Assembly: GCA_000004985.1 (NCBI GenBank)
Contig: GG739159.1
Origin: Naegleria gruberi
Lineage: Eukaryota
Length of the DNA: 5,723 bases
Strand: one strand, 5' to 3'
Positions 5,603 to 5,723 of this stretch are shown here, one piece after another (within the stretch, counting starts at the first letter, position 1; each line of letters opens with the position of its first letter). A program made the position numbers and the translations under genes. Under the pieces are notes generated by a model, which made no database searches, was not told where the DNA came from, and saw only the letters and a program-made list of their open reading frames with translations.

Positions 5603-5651
5603 ACCCATTGGTTTATCAACGATTGTTTTATTGTTTCTTTTGGAGAAATAT
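5603..5651 (+). repeat. Split direct repeat B2 (49 bp), the 3' terminal repeat of the element.
   Basis: Identical to 4937-4985. Similarity to the first copy ends at 5651/5652, with 'atata' here against 'atatg' at the B1/A2 junction. Confidence 0.85.
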
Positions 5652-5715
5652 AACAAATACAAAAGTACGTCTTTGCATTTGTTGTACACTGAGTAATCGT
5701 TAGTTCTGAGAGCAC

Positions 5716-5721
5716 AATAAA
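5716..5721 (+). promoter_or_regulatory. AATAAA hexamer in the 3' flank, a possible polyadenylation signal of the interrupted flanking gene.
   Basis: This is a sequence motif only, about 65 nt downstream of the element's end. AT-rich DNA makes chance occurrence plausible. Confidence 0.2.
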
Positions 5722-5723
5722 AA

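Larger units (their letters stand above)
1046..5651 (+). mobile_element. Tyrosine-recombinase retrotransposon (DIRS superfamily; the split direct repeats point to Ngaro/PAT-like). It appears intact: gag-like, RT/RNase H and YR ORFs, with termini A1 ... B1-A2-spacer-B2.
   Basis: The RT motifs and RNase H are followed by a C-terminal tyrosine recombinase rather than a DDE integrase, and there is no protease. A 131-bp repeat and a 49-bp repeat are arranged as split direct repeats. Both repeat pairs are identical and all ORFs are intact. The boundaries are fuzzy by about 2 nt because of the 'at' shared between B and A. Confidence 0.8.

Noticed and set aside
1046-5651. Interpretation as an LTR (Ty3/gypsy-like) retrotransposon
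   Set aside because: There is no DDE integrase and no aspartic protease (D-S/T-G). The repeats are short (131 and 49 bp) and arranged as split direct repeats, A...B-A...B, rather than as two long terminal LTRs with TG...CA ends. The enzyme downstream of the RNase H is a tyrosine recombinase.
1046-5651. DIRS1-type inverted terminal repeats plus an internal complementary region
   Set aside because: I compared the reverse complements of the termini. The left end (atgtagagttgc...) and the right end (...ggagaaatat) are not inverted copies of each other, and all detected repeats are direct.
1-5723. Prokaryotic features (CRISPR, operons, Shine-Dalgarno starts, rho-independent terminators)
   Set aside because: The gene content is a eukaryotic retroelement. 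No CRISPR-like spaced repeats are present. Hairpin and T-run motifs in the spacer are better explained as element cis structure or chance.

Overview
This window is a eukaryotic, AT-rich sequence dominated by one apparently intact tyrosine-recombinase (YR) retrotransposon of the DIRS/Ngaro/PAT superfamily, on the + strand at about 1046-5651. Its gene order is gag-like ORF (1125-2177), then RT/RNase H (2146-4032, with YIDD and the RNase H catalytic Asp), then a lambda-integrase-type YR (catalytic domain about 4380-4890, stop at 4937). There is no DDE integrase and no protease. The element is bounded by 'split direct repeats' rather than LTRs or inverted repeats. A 131-bp repeat A occurs at 1046-1176 and 4984-5114, and a 49-bp repeat B at 4937-4985 and 5603-5651. 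Both pairs are 100% identical. B1 abuts and overlaps A2 by 2 nt immediately after the YR stop codon. A unique 488-bp spacer (5115-5602) lies between A2 and B2. The coding region is compact and overlapping. gag and YR share frame 3 and are separated by a single TGA (2175-2177). That frame stays stop-free for 916 codons, about 568 of which are overprinted on the RT/RNase H gene in frame 1. The YR domain has no obvious conventional start, so overlapping genes, recoding or readthrough are implied. Upstream, 1-1045 carries a long ORF of unknown function that runs into the element. Downstream, the short 3' flank (5652-5723) ends in an AATAAA. The several 'M' starts in the supplied ORF track are TTG or GTG codons; the true ATGs are given below. 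No rRNA, tRNA, CRISPR or prokaryotic features are evident.
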